Assembly: GCA_046725875.1 (NCBI GenBank)
Contig: JBKOZJ010000193.1
Location: 1 to 36,920 of the forward strand
DNA: 36,920 bases
DNA from: Actinomycetota bacterium
Lineage (GTDB): Bacteria > Actinomycetota > Actinomycetes > JAKEEW01
Direction: 5' to 3'
Both the position numbers and the translations under genes were made by a program. Below are positions 22,656 to 32,254 of this stretch, in pieces (the first letter of the stretch is position 1; the number at the start of each line of letters is the position of its first letter). The notes under the pieces are model-generated. The model made no database searches, was not told the origin of the DNA, and saw only the letters and a list, made by a program, of their open reading frames with translations.

Positions 22656-23531
22656 TCATTCGCGGCCCATGTCCCTGTGTACGACCTGGGTTTCGACGCC
22701 GTCCTCGATGAGCCGCCGGGCTAGCTGCTCGGCAATCACGATGCTGCGGTGCTTCCCTCCGGTACATCCAACCGCGATCGTGACATAGCGCTTACCTTCC
22801 CGGCGGTAGCCCTCCGCGAGTATCTGGAGGACTTCGGCATACCGCTCGAGGAACTCTTTCGCACCGTGCTGCTCCAGCACATACTTCCGGACCGCTGGGT
22901 CGAGCCCGGTGCTCGGTCGCAGCTCCGGCACCCAATGCGGGTTCGGCAGAAACCGGCAGTCGACGACGAGATCGGCGTCGACCGGCAGCCCATACTTGTA
23001 GCCGAAGGACACCACCGTGGCCCGCAGTCCCCGCTCATCCTGCTGTCCAAAGGCTGCGTCGATCTTGCTGCGCAGTTCGTGGACGTTGAGCACGGACGTG
23101 TCGATCACCAGGTCGGCCTGGCCGCGCAGGTCGCGCAGGAGCTCGCGCTCGCGCGCGATACCGTCGATGATCCGGCCGTCGCCCTGCAGCGGGTGCGGTC
23201 GTCGGACATTCTCGAAACGCCGCACCAAGGCATCGTCGCTGGCCTCCAGGAAGACGATCCGCGCATCCACATCACGCTCGACCACCTGGGCGAGCGTGCT
23301 TTGGAGGGCGTCGAAGAACGACCGCGAGCGCACATCCACAACGACTGCCAGCCGGGGCACCGATCCCTGAGCTCTGGTCGCCAGCTCGACCATGGGCGGG
23401 ATCAGCGCGGCTGGAAGGTTGTCCACGACGAACCAGCTCTCGTCCTCCAGGGCGTTCGCCGCAGTCGTGCGACCGGCTCCCGACATGCCGGTGATGATCA
23501 CCAGCTCCGGTCGATCGCTGATCTCAGTCAT
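22656..23531 (-). CDS. rapZ: RNase adapter / P-loop protein RapZ (YvcJ)
   Basis: [39 protein letters not shown]. Confidence 0.96.
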   Translation of the reverse strand: MTEISDRPELVIITGMSGAGRTTAANALEDESWFVVDNLPAALIPPMVELATRAQGSVPRLAVVVDVRSRSFFDALQSTLAQVVERDVDARIVFLEASDDALVRRFENVRRPHPLQGDGRIIDGIARERELLRDLRGQADLVIDTSVLNVHELRSKIDAAFGQQDERGLRATVVSFGYKYGLPVDADLVVDCRFLPNPHWVPELRPSTGLDPAVRKYVLEQHGAKEFLERYAEVLQILAEGYRREGKRYVTIAVGCTGGKHRSIVIAEQLARRLIEDGVETQVVHRDMGRE

Positions 23532-25579
23532 CCGGTGTCCTGGTCAAGGACCTCGCCGGTCGCAGTGTTGATCGCCGGGCCGGTCGGCTCCGGCTCCGCG
23601 AGTGCGGCGGCGATCGCCTCCGCCGTACGCCGACCGATCCCCGGCACCTCCGCGATCTCCTCTACGGTTGCCGCGCGGAGGCGGCGCAGCGAGCCGAACC
23701 GGCGCAGCAGGGCTCTGCGCCGCGCCGCACCGAGGCCCGGTACGCCGTCCAGCGCGCTGGTCGTCATGCTCCGCGACCGGCGCTTACGGTGGTAAGCAAT
23801 CGCGAACCGATGCGCCTCGTCCCGTACCCGCTGCAGCAAGTAGAGGCCCTCGCTGGTCCGGGGCAGGATCACCGGATCGGGCTGCTCCGGCAACCACACC
23901 TCTTCGAGCCGTTTGGCCAGGCCGCAGAGCGAGACATCGTCGATGCCGAGCTCGGCGAGGGCTCTGGCGGCAGCCGCGACCTGAGGCGAGCCTCCGTCGA
24001 CCACGACCAGGTTCGGCGGATATGCAAACTTTCGCGACCGGCCGGTGTCCGGGTCGATGCCCGCCGGCACTCCACGAGGTCCGGCCGATTCACCGGTGGT
24101 GCCTTGCTCCGTCGGCTCATCAACCTCGTCAAGTCCCAGGTCGAGGGCGCCGGAGCGCTCCTGCTCCTCTAGATAACGGCGAAACCGGCGGCTGATCACT
24201 TCGTAGATCGCCGCCACGTCGTTCTGTCTCGGCTCACCGCCTTCGGCGGCGCGGAGACCCCGGATCGCGAACCGCCGATACTCCGACTTGCGGGCGAGCC
24301 CGTCCTCGAAGACGACCATCGCGGCCACCACGTCGCTGCCATGCAGGTTTGAAATGTCGAAGCACTCGATCCGAAGTGGGGCCTCCGGGAGCCCGAGCGC
24401 CTCCTGGATCTCGTGCAGCGCCCGGCTGCGGGTAGTGAGATCGCTTGCGCGCTTTGTCTTGTGTACGGCAAGCGACTCGGTCGCATTACGGGCAACGGTG
24501 TCGAGCAACGACTTCTTGTCGCCGCGGCGGGGGACCCGCAGGTCCACCCGAGCTCCACGCCGGCTGGTCAGCCACTCGTTCAGCGGCGCCCGGTCGGCCG
24601 GCAATTCAGGAACGAGCACCTCCTTCGGCACGGTGTCGCCGGACTCGCTGCCGTAGAACTGCTGCAGGAAGTCCTCGACGAGCTCGCCGCTGGTCACGTC
24701 CTCGACCTTGTCCACCACGAAGCCGCGCTGCCCGCGAACCCGGCCACCGCGCACATGGAAGACCTGGAAGGCAGCCTCCAGCTGGTCTTCGGCGAGGGCG
24801 ATCACATCGGCGTCGGTGCCGTCGCCGAGCACCACGGCATTCTTCTCCATGGCGCGCTCGAGCGCTTTGATGTCGTCGCGCAGCCGTGCCGCCTGCTCGT
24901 ACTCCAGATTCGCCGCGGCGACCTGCATCTGCTTCTCGAGCCGGCGCATGTAGGTCGCCGTCTGGCCGGCCATGAAGTCGCAGAACTCCTCGGCGATCTG
25001 CCGGTGCTCCTCGGCCGACACGCGCCCTACACACGGCGCCGAGCACTTGCCGATGTAGCCCAGCAGGCAGGGGCGGCCGACCTGATGCGCCCGCTTGAAC
25101 ACCCCGTTGGAGCACGTCCGGGCCGGGAACACCCGCAGCAGAAGGTCGAGCGTCTCCCGGATTGCCCACGCGTGCGCGTAGGGCCCGAAGTAGCGTACGC
25201 CCTTGCGCTTCAGACCGCGCATCACCTGCAGCCGCGGATACTCCTCATCGAGGGTGACCGCGAGAAACGGGTAGCTCTTGTCGTCCCGATAACGAACGTT
25301 GAACCGGGGGTCGAACTCCTTGATCCACGAATACTCGAGCTGCAGCGCCTCCACCTCGGTGCCGACGACCGTCCACTCGACCGATGCGGCGGCGAAGACC
25401 ATGGCCTGAGTACGGGGGTGCAGGCCCACGGGATCCTGGAAATAGGACGCCAGTCGCGACCGGAGGCTCTTCGCCTTGCCCACATAGATGACCCGGCCGC
25501 GCTCGTCCCGGAAGCGGTAGACGCCGGGCGAGTCCGGCACCGAACCTGGTGCCGGCCGGTAAGTCGCCGGGTCAGCCAC
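23528..25579 (-). CDS. uvrC: Excinuclease ABC subunit C
   Basis: GIY-YIG (PGVY..IYVGKAK), Cys cluster, [18 protein letters not shown], HhH domain. Confidence 0.97.
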   Translation of the reverse strand: MADPATYRPAPGSVPDSPGVYRFRDERGRVIYVGKAKSLRSRLASYFQDPVGLHPRTQAMVFAAASVEWTVVGTEVEALQLEYSWIKEFDPRFNVRYRDDKSYPFLAVTLDEEYPRLQVMRGLKRKGVRYFGPYAHAWAIRETLDLLLRVFPARTCSNGVFKRAHQVGRPCLLGYIGKCSAPCVGRVSAEEHRQIAEEFCDFMAGQTATYMRRLEKQMQVAAANLEYEQAARLRDDIKALERAMEKNAVVLGDGTDADVIALAEDQLEAAFQVFHVRGGRVRGQRGFVVDKVEDVTSGELVEDFLQQFYGSESGDTVPKEVLVPELPADRAPLNEWLTSRRGARVDLRVPRRGDKKSLLDTVARNATESLAVHKTKRASDLTTRSRALHEIQEALGLPEAPLRIECFDISNLHGSDVVAAMVVFEDGLARKSEYRRFAIRGLRAAEGGEPRQNDVAAIYEVISRRFRRYLEEQERSGALDLGLDEVDEPTEQGTTGESAGPRGVPAGIDPDTGRSRKFAYPPNLVVVDGGSPQVAAAARALAELGIDDVSLCGLAKRLEEVWLPEQPDPVILPRTSEGLYLLQRVRDEAHRFAIAYHRKRRSRSMTTSALDGVPGLGAARRRALLRRFGSLRRLRAATVEEIAEVPGIGRRTAEAIAAALAEPEPTGPAINTATGEVLDQDTG

Positions 25580-25670
25580 GGTTGACCACCCTACGCCGCG
25601 GTGCCTAAACGACGGCCGATGAGGAACATCCGCGGGCGCGCGCTCGAGCTGCCCATCGGCGCATTCGCTG

Positions 25671-26201
25671 CTATGCGAGCAGGATCTCGCCGCGCGTCAC
25701 GGTGATCATCCTCTCGGGCAGCGGCGTTGGCGCAGGCCCGCCTTCCACGGAGCCGTCCGTGATGCTGTAACGGCTGCCGTGGCACGCGCAGCGGATGAGC
25801 CCTTCATCAACGCTCGAGACAAGACACGCCTGGTGAGTGCAGATCGCGCTGAAGCACTTGAAGTCACCCGTCCTGGGCTGGGTGACGACGACCTTCTCGG
25901 CATTGAAGATGCGGCCGCCCCCGACCGGGATGTCTGCCGCTTTAGCTAGGGGCTCACCACCGGTGGACGGTGAAGTCTCCGACGAAGATGGGGACGCCGG
26001 AGGTGTTGTCGCGTTCCGGGAGCCGTTCGTCGCCGCCGCGTGGCCGGCTGAGTCGTCACCACCGCATGCCGCGAGCACCCCGCCGCTTGCCACCACACCG
26101 GCGGCGGCGAGCCCCCGCAGTATCTGGCGCCGGGACGGCGGCGCTTCGTCTGTCCCCGTTGGGAGCCGTGAGCCGAGATGAGCCTTGATCGCTTCAGGCA
26201 T
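25671..26201 (-). CDS. Tat-exported Rieske [2Fe-2S] lipoprotein
   Basis: SRRQIL Tat motif, LAAC lipobox, CTHQAC and CACHGSRY Rieske boxes, GPA.PL. Confidence 0.9.
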   Translation of the reverse strand: MPEAIKAHLGSRLPTGTDEAPPSRRQILRGLAAAGVVASGGVLAACGGDDSAGHAAATNGSRNATTPPASPSSSETSPSTGGEPLAKAADIPVGGGRIFNAEKVVVTQPRTGDFKCFSAICTHQACLVSSVDEGLIRCACHGSRYSITDGSVEGGPAPTPLPERMITVTRGEILLA

Positions 26202-26407
26202 TCACAGTCGCTTCCTATCACCAACTACGTGACCATCTCTGCCGAACAGCACGGAGCTTCTGCGGCCACCGTTCACCCGCCGGGCCAAGTCCGAGCTCAT
26301 TCACAGCCTCATGAGTCCGGGACTCCGCTAACGGAGTGCCCAAAGCTGACAGCGGCCACCAGGCATGACCTGGTTACGCCCATCGGACTTAGCGGGAAAA
26401 CGGCTGG

Positions 26408-27118
26408 TCAGTCGCGGCCTTCCGGGCCCTCCTGACGGGCTTCCGCGCGCGGTCGCTGGGTCTCGCCGGACCACGCCGGCCACAGGCGCCGGGCCACGCT
26501 GGCCTCGAGTCGACCGCCCAGATGCATCGACCGCCACACGCCGCGGTAACCGGGTAGAACGCCCGATGCCACCAGCATGTGGCCAAGGATGAGCCCGGTG
26601 ACCGGGTACGTCGTCCACTTGTGAACCCGGGCGAGCAAAACAAAGGTGGGGCCGCCGTGAACGAGGGCGAGCCCTGCTCCGGTTCCCAGGAGCAGGGCCA
26701 GACCAAAGATGACGGTGACGTTGAGTATGCGTTGGCCTGGGTCGAATCGACCCTGATGCCAGCCGAACCGGCCGGTAAAAACAGCGGCCGGCCAGCGGGT
26801 GAACCAACCAAGCTCCGATCGGCGCAAACGAAGTGATTCGGCGACGAACGACGGGATGGATCTAGCTGCGACCAGCACCCAGACAAATGCCAACCCGGTG
26901 ATGATCCAGCCAACCAGCTTGTGCAGGGAGATGTCCGACATCCCGGCGAGCCTGGCAATCGGGCTGGCATGGCCCTCCTGGCCAGCTAGCAGCCACCAGC
27001 CGGTGGCGAGCAGGATCAGGGCGCCGAGATAGGTCCCCGCGTGAAACCACCGCGCCGGGCGCCGATACCTCTCGACCACGCCTACGCCGGCCGTTCGCCG
27101 CCGGCGATCAGTAACCAT
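26408..27118 (-). CDS. Di-heme cytochrome b (FdnI/HyaC-like, 4 TM)
   Basis: Four TM His (RWFH, LHK, VHK, GHM), GRFDPGQR motif, C-terminal A...WP.W; ATG 27118 overlaps the upstream stop. Confidence 0.82.
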   Translation of the reverse strand: MVTDRRRRTAGVGVVERYRRPARWFHAGTYLGALILLATGWWLLAGQEGHASPIARLAGMSDISLHKLVGWIITGLAFVWVLVAARSIPSFVAESLRLRRSELGWFTRWPAAVFTGRFGWHQGRFDPGQRILNVTVIFGLALLLGTGAGLALVHGGPTFVLLARVHKWTTYPVTGLILGHMLVASGVLPGYRGVWRSMHLGGRLEASVARRLWPAWSGETQRPRAEARQEGPEGRD

Positions 27119-27557
27119 TCCCACTGTAGCCACCGGAGCTTGACTCGCTCGGCGTTCCGCCAGAGCCCCCGGTTACGGTTACGGTGATCTCGGCCTCGGC
27201 GCCCGCCGGCGAATGGTCCGCGTGCTGCAAGGTGACCCCGATCGTGTGCTTCCCCGGCGAGAGGTCCTTGACCTCGGTCTGAGTGGACGTCACCACCTCG
27301 TAGTTGTTGGTTTTGCCGTCTACGAAGAGGTGCACGTGGTCCTTTCCCGAGTCGGTCGGGCCGATCTGTTCGCTGGAGGTGAATGTCAGGGTGAACGGCA
27401 CCCTGACGGTGGCAGTGTCAGACGGCGCGGTGACTTGCAGCGTCGGCCCGCCGCCGCCGGAAGACGAGCCGGAGGAGTCGTCCGAGCCGCATGCCGTAGC
27501 AGCGAGGGCAAGCAGCGCGGCGACTCCGATCATGAATGCGAATGTGCGGGGTCGCAT
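27108..27557 (-). CDS. His-rich secreted lipoprotein with small beta-sandwich domain (DUF4399-like)
   Basis: Lipobox ATAC, Ser/Gly linker, HVHLFVDG and PGKHTI...QHADHS motifs; GAGGAG RBS. Confidence 0.65.
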   Translation of the reverse strand: MRPRTFAFMIGVAALLALAATACGSDDSSGSSSGGGGPTLQVTAPSDTATVRVPFTLTFTSSEQIGPTDSGKDHVHLFVDGKTNNYEVVTSTQTEVKDLSPGKHTIGVTLQHADHSPAGAEAEITVTVTGGSGGTPSESSSGGYSGNGY

Positions 27558-27657
27558 GGGTTGCTCCTCGAGGAAAGCTATGTCCTGTTGTTTTCCACGT
27601 CGACAGGGGTGGTGCCGTTCACCTTCAGCCGCATCGACCCCCTTCCGTGTGCCGTGA

Positions 27658-28245
27658 TCAACTGAACTGTGTGTCGCCCGCGCTCACGCCGATCCGGGAG
27701 AGCCCGTCCCTGAGGTGCTCGGCGGTCAACTCGCCGAACCAGCGGTCGACGATCCGTCCGGACGCGTCGACCACAAGCGTGTCCGGAATCCCCTGCAGCC
27801 CAATCCGGGACGCGAACGTCCCCGCCTCGTCGAATACCTGGGGATAGGTCACCTTCGAAGCGGCGAGAAAGCGAAGCGCGGCGCTGCGGCTGTCGCGCGA
27901 GTCGACTCCGAGGAAGAGGACGCGATCGCCAACCGCGCGGTTTGCCGCCTCGAGCAGCCGGGCCTCCCGACGGCATGGTGCACACCATGACGCCCAAAAG
28001 TTGATGACTTCGGGACGACCGTGCACCGCGGCCGCGGAGACCTCGTTCTGCGGGCTGGCCAGGCAGGGCAACATCGTCGTCTTGACTCCGATGATCGGCC
28101 TTCCCGCCCCGGTCGGGCAGGCACCAAGAACCGGGGCATTCCGGGTCGCGATGGACTGATCCGAGGAACCACCACACGCGGCCGCGACGAGAACCAGCAT
28201 GGCAGCTGCGCACCATCGTCGAGACCAAGGAGTGATCCGCGTCAT
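27658..28245 (-). CDS. TlpA/ResA-like thiol-disulfide oxidoreductase lipoprotein
   Basis: Lipobox AAAC, NFWASWCAPCRRE, FLGVD, YP..FD, GIP.T. Confidence 0.9.
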   Translation of the reverse strand: MTRITPWSRRWCAAAMLVLVAAACGGSSDQSIATRNAPVLGACPTGAGRPIIGVKTTMLPCLASPQNEVSAAAVHGRPEVINFWASWCAPCRREARLLEAANRAVGDRVLFLGVDSRDSRSAALRFLAASKVTYPQVFDEAGTFASRIGLQGIPDTLVVDASGRIVDRWFGELTAEHLRDGLSRIGVSAGDTQFS

Positions 28246-28300
28246 AGTTCACCTCGGTGCGGCAATGAACTAAAATTGCTGGTCAGGTCGGTTCCGGAGG

Positions 28301-28987
28301 TTGCACAAGAAGATTGCAGTGGCTGGTAACCGCGTTCTTGCCATCGACGACGAGCCGCGCGTGGTCGATTTCGTCTCGCGTGCTCTCCGCGGCGAGGGCA
28401 TCGACGTCGACACGGCCACGACCGGCGAGGACGGGTTTCGACTCGCGGTCTCGCGCTCCTACGACGTCATCGTTCTCGACCTGTTGATGCCGGGAACGGA
28501 CGGCGTCTCGGTCCTGCACCGCATCCTGCGTCGCAAGCCCGACCAGTCGGTCATCGTCCTCTCTTGCCTTACCGACACGACCTCCAAGGTCCGTTGCCTG
28601 GAGATAGGCGCCGACGACTACCTGGGCAAACCGTTCGCCCTGGACGAGCTCCTTGCCCGGGTGAAGGCGCGAATGCGGGACAAAGCGCCCGCCAACCCGC
28701 AGACCCTGGTGGCGCGCGGGCTGGTGCTGGACCCGGTGCGGCAGGAAGCAAACGGCGGATCCGGACCCATCCCGCTGACCAGGCGCGAATCGATGCTGTT
28801 GGCGGAGCTCATGCGTAACGCCGGCCAGGCGGTTTCCAAGGAGCGCCTGCTCTCGACCGTGTGGGGATACAGTTTCGGCCCAGGATCGAACGTCGTCGAT
28901 GTGTACGTGCGACGGCTGCGCGCGAAGCTCGGATTGGATGCCGTCGTGACCGTACGCGGCACGGGCTACGGGGTGGACATTGATTAG
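28301..28987 (+). CDS. OmpR/PhoB-family response regulator
   Basis: IDDE, VLDLLMP phospho-Asp, GADDYLGKPF, winged helix NVVDVYV.RLR.KL, TVRG.GY; start may be GTG 28319. Confidence 0.93.
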   Translation: MHKKIAVAGNRVLAIDDEPRVVDFVSRALRGEGIDVDTATTGEDGFRLAVSRSYDVIVLDLLMPGTDGVSVLHRILRRKPDQSVIVLSCLTDTTSKVRCLEIGADDYLGKPFALDELLARVKARMRDKAPANPQTLVARGLVLDPVRQEANGGSGPIPLTRRESMLLAELMRNAGQAVSKERLLSTVWGYSFGPGSNVVDVYVRRLRAKLGLDAVVTVRGTGYGVDID

Positions 28988-30062
28988 GCGGTGGCCTGCA
29001 CTCGCGCGGCGGTACTGGGTCGAGCTGGTCTGGTGTCTCTTCGTGCTGGCCAATACCGGCGCGATCCTGATCTTTCGCGACTGGGCCACGGTGCCGTTCC
29101 ACTTCATCTGGATCGGGCTGTCACTGCTCTACGGATGGCGCGTCTGGGGTCTGCGCGCCACCATCTGGGCGCTCGTCACGGTGATAGCGCTCACGGCAGC
29201 CGCGTTGACCATCGACGTGGCGGTGGACGACCAGGCGCCCGACGAGCTGACCGAGATCCCGCTGATGGCCACCGTGTTCGTGGTCATGGTTTGGTACGTC
29301 CGGCGCAACATCGCCGCCAAGGAGGAGATCCGCCGGGTCTCGGAGCACAACCTCGCGCTGCTGCAGCAGGAGCGCCACTTCATCGAAGACGCCTCGCACG
29401 TGCTGCGTACGCCGCTCACGGTCGCCCTGGGACATGCAGAGCTTATTTCGCGAACGACGGGCGACCCGATGACCGCCCATGACTCGAAGGTCATCGTCGA
29501 CGAGCTGAAGCGGCTGAAGAGCGTCTCCGACCGGCTTCTAGAGCTTGCCGCGACAGAGCAGCCGGACTTCGTGCACCCGGTCGAGACATCGATCCGCGAC
29601 CTGATCACGGACGCGCACTCGCGCTGGTCGGCAACCAACCCGGCAGTGGAGTTCGGCCGAGTCGTCAACGCGTCCCTGCCCCTCGACCCGGCCCGGATCC
29701 GGGACGCGCTGGACGAACTGATCGGCAACGCCGTCGGACATTCACCGCCGGGAACCCCGGTCAAGCTGTCGGCGCGGCGGCAGGACGGCACCGTGGTGGT
29801 GGCGGTGGCAGACCGCGGGCCGGGGATCACGCCGAGCGAGCAGGCTCGGATCTTCGACCGGTTCTCCCGCGTCGACGGGGCCGATCGACGCAACGGGTTC
29901 GGCCTCGGGCTGGCCATCGTGAAGGCCATCGCGGAGGCGCACGGTGGCTCCGTGGACGTGCGCAGCGAGCCGGGCCGCGGCACCACCTTCGAGCTGCGGC
30001 TGCCGATGGCCGGCCAGGAGCATGAGAGCCGGCAGCTCCAGCCGGCGCCGTCGCGCCGGTAG
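28980..30062 (+). CDS. Sensor histidine kinase with 4-TM intramembrane sensor
   Basis: Four short TM segments, H-box ASHVLRTPL, N-box LIGNAV, DRGPGI, GFGLGL, HGG. Confidence 0.92.
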   Translation: MIRRWPALARRYWVELVWCLFVLANTGAILIFRDWATVPFHFIWIGLSLLYGWRVWGLRATIWALVTVIALTAAALTIDVAVDDQAPDELTEIPLMATVFVVMVWYVRRNIAAKEEIRRVSEHNLALLQQERHFIEDASHVLRTPLTVALGHAELISRTTGDPMTAHDSKVIVDELKRLKSVSDRLLELAATEQPDFVHPVETSIRDLITDAHSRWSATNPAVEFGRVVNASLPLDPARIRDALDELIGNAVGHSPPGTPVKLSARRQDGTVVVAVADRGPGITPSEQARIFDRFSRVDGADRRNGFGLGLAIVKAIAEAHGGSVDVRSEPGRGTTFELRLPMAGQEHESRQLQPAPSRR

Positions 30063-30192
30063 GGTTCCTCCTGGCGCATTCGGGCAGACGACGGCCCGAT
30101 CAAGCGCAGCGGCGGCCGCGGCCGCACCGGCCTTCGGGCGCCGGCCGGGTCTCGGTTCGTCGTACAGGTCGACGACATCCCCCTGCTCCCGC

Positions 30193-32253
30193 TCACCCGT
30201 CGTCCGGATGAGGCATATCGACCGGTTGGTCGAAGGCGTGGTAGCGATCGTCCATGAAATGAGTGGGTGCCCACATCTGAGACCTCAGCACTCGGCCGGT
30301 GGCCCGATCGATCCACAACGTGAACCAGACGGTCTCCGGGTTGTCGCCATGCCCGCCGAAGAACGACACGCGGGTCACTGGGACACCGCCAAGCGACCGA
30401 TGCTCTACGACATGGGCATTGACGAACGGCTCGAACGGGGTCCACGCGAAATACGGCACTGGAACGAGCGCGCCCTCCGACCGTAGTTTCCACGGCGCCC
30501 CAGGACTACTGCGCACGTAGACCTTGGACCCGAGCCACAGTGTGTCCTGCGGACCGTCGCCGAACCACGTCCGCAGCCACATGGCGTGCGGCCGGGCGTA
30601 AACATAAGCACTTCTGATGCCGGAGAGCACCTCGTTCACGCGGTAGCTGTGCACGCGATCCATCTGAGCGGTCGCCCGTTCCAGGAGCGCCGTACCATCC
30701 GGGGCGGGCAGCCTCGGAAGGACAAACGCAGCCGTCCCGCCGCCGTCTCCCGCCACCGCCACCCCTACGCGCTCGCCGCCGCGCAGGTCGACAGGGACGG
30801 TCCAGCAGGACGGCCCGCATGCCACAAACGGATACGAGCGACCGCGGACCGACAGCCGGACATCCCCGAGGCCAGCCGGTGACGGGGCGATGTAGGCATA
30901 CACCTGGTTCGAACCTGGGCGACCAGGACGCACGGTGAGGCCCACCATCGTGTCGCCCGCCCGCCCGCCGATCGAGTAGTCCCCCGGCCGCGGGAACGGA
31001 GACATCTCGGCGGCTCCGGCCGTCGCCTCGCGGGACTCCTCGGCCTCACCGGCCTCCCTAGGCACCACCGGGAAGGCAGCGAGCGCCGCGGCCGCGGCCA
31101 CGACGACCAGCGCGACGACCGCCTCGCCTCGCACCATCACCCGCAGCCGCCGCCAGGCGAGAAAAGACAGCGGGATCATGGCGGCGACGGCGAGGCCTTT
31201 CGCGAGGAGGGTTAGGCCGTATGCAGTACTGAGCACCTCGCCGGGCCCGCCCAGCAGCTGGGCGGCCTGCACTACTCCCAGACCCACCGAGATCCCGAAC
31301 GCCCATGGCGCGACCGTCGAGAACCGGGGCAGCAACGCCCGGCCCACGGTCGGCCAGCCGCCGGTCACGCGCACGAACGCCAGGGCCATGATGCCGCCGG
31401 CCCATACTCCGGCGGCGGCGAGATGAGCGGCGTTGACGGCCATCCCGGCCCACGCCGGTTCGACGTTGGCGGCGTGGCCGGCCACGGCGACCGCGCCCAC
31501 AACACCGGTAAGGAGGACCGGTGACAGGCGCCCCCGCACAAGGGCAATGATCAGGATGCACAGTTCGAGTCCGATCCGAGCGACCCGGGCCCAGCCGGTG
31601 ACACCGATCGTCAGGTAGTCCCGTAGTCCAGACATGGACAAGCCGGACGTGGCCACCGCCGCCTCCGCGAGGACCACGGTCGTGCCGCCGATCAGAAGCG
31701 CGGTCGCGACGGGAACGGCGGGGGGACGCATCGGGATCTCGGGTCCGAGCCGGCGCAGTACCACGAGTCCGCAAGCCAGCAGCAGCACGGCGTACTCGAT
31801 CGCGCGGGCAGCTGCGGTAAGCCCGTCGCCACGCGAGGGTTGGGGTGAGCCGCCCGTGGCCGCAGCGCCGGCCGGCACCCCGACGCCGAACCGGAATGCG
31901 CCGGTGATCGTATGTCCGTCGACATGGCTCACCGTCGTCCACTCGACCCGATAGACGCCGGGCGCGTTGGTCGACAGCGGCACCCGGATCGTCGCGCCGG
32001 AGACCGAGTCCTGGAAGCGGCGACCGGTCGGGTCGACGACGGTGGCGTGCGAGAGCCGGGCCACAAGGGGCTCGTCGAAGGTCAAGACGACGACCCCGGG
32101 CGTCGCTCCCAGCGTCGCACCCGCGGCCGGGCTCGAGGAGACGAGGATCGCGTGCGCCTCGGCCGGGGTCGGGATGATCAGGAGCCACCCCACGCCGATA
32201 ATGCAGCACGCTAGACGCAGCGACCACCGTGTGCCGCGCCGAGCCGATCGCAT
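30193..32253 (-). CDS. CopC-CopD fusion copper uptake/resistance protein with extra C-terminal extracellular domains
   Basis: Signal peptide AEA|HA.LVSSSP, DGH CopC motif, CopD GHA and HL.AA.VW.GG, YG..L..K, then about 270 soluble residues. Confidence 0.88.
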   Translation of the reverse strand: MRSARRGTRWSLRLACCIIGVGWLLIIPTPAEAHAILVSSSPAAGATLGATPGVVVLTFDEPLVARLSHATVVDPTGRRFQDSVSGATIRVPLSTNAPGVYRVEWTTVSHVDGHTITGAFRFGVGVPAGAAATGGSPQPSRGDGLTAAARAIEYAVLLLACGLVVLRRLGPEIPMRPPAVPVATALLIGGTTVVLAEAAVATSGLSMSGLRDYLTIGVTGWARVARIGLELCILIIALVRGRLSPVLLTGVVGAVAVAGHAANVEPAWAGMAVNAAHLAAAGVWAGGIMALAFVRVTGGWPTVGRALLPRFSTVAPWAFGISVGLGVVQAAQLLGGPGEVLSTAYGLTLLAKGLAVAAMIPLSFLAWRRLRVMVRGEAVVALVVVAAAAALAAFPVVPREAGEAEESREATAGAAEMSPFPRPGDYSIGGRAGDTMVGLTVRPGRPGSNQVYAYIAPSPAGLGDVRLSVRGRSYPFVACGPSCWTVPVDLRGGERVGVAVAGDGGGTAAFVLPRLPAPDGTALLERATAQMDRVHSYRVNEVLSGIRSAYVYARPHAMWLRTWFGDGPQDTLWLGSKVYVRSSPGAPWKLRSEGALVPVPYFAWTPFEPFVNAHVVEHRSLGGVPVTRVSFFGGHGDNPETVWFTLWIDRATGRVLRSQMWAPTHFMDDRYHAFDQPVDMPHPDDG

Positions 32254-32254
32254 C

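Noticed and set aside
23460..23495. RapZ Walker A has Arg (GAGRT) in place of Lys
   Set aside because: Common variant in actinobacterial RapZ
24040..24175. Acidic low-complexity insertion in UvrC
   Set aside because: A variable insertion at this site is typical of actinobacterial UvrC
25671..26201. Rieske protein as a dedicated member of the oxidase cluster
   Set aside because: Such small Tat Rieske lipoproteins commonly lie just upstream of uvrC in actinomycetes, so adjacency is probably ancestral; kept only as a side hypothesis
26310..26385. Possible c-di-GMP-I riboswitch (hairpin followed by CAAAGC)
   Set aside because: Lacks the GNRA loop and GCAAA consensus, and is on the wrong strand for the flanking genes
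27390..27625. Single GTGAACGGCACC-like words resembling the repeat unit
   Set aside because: Isolated half-units, one inside a CDS, with no hairpin core or 30/32 spacing; probably chance
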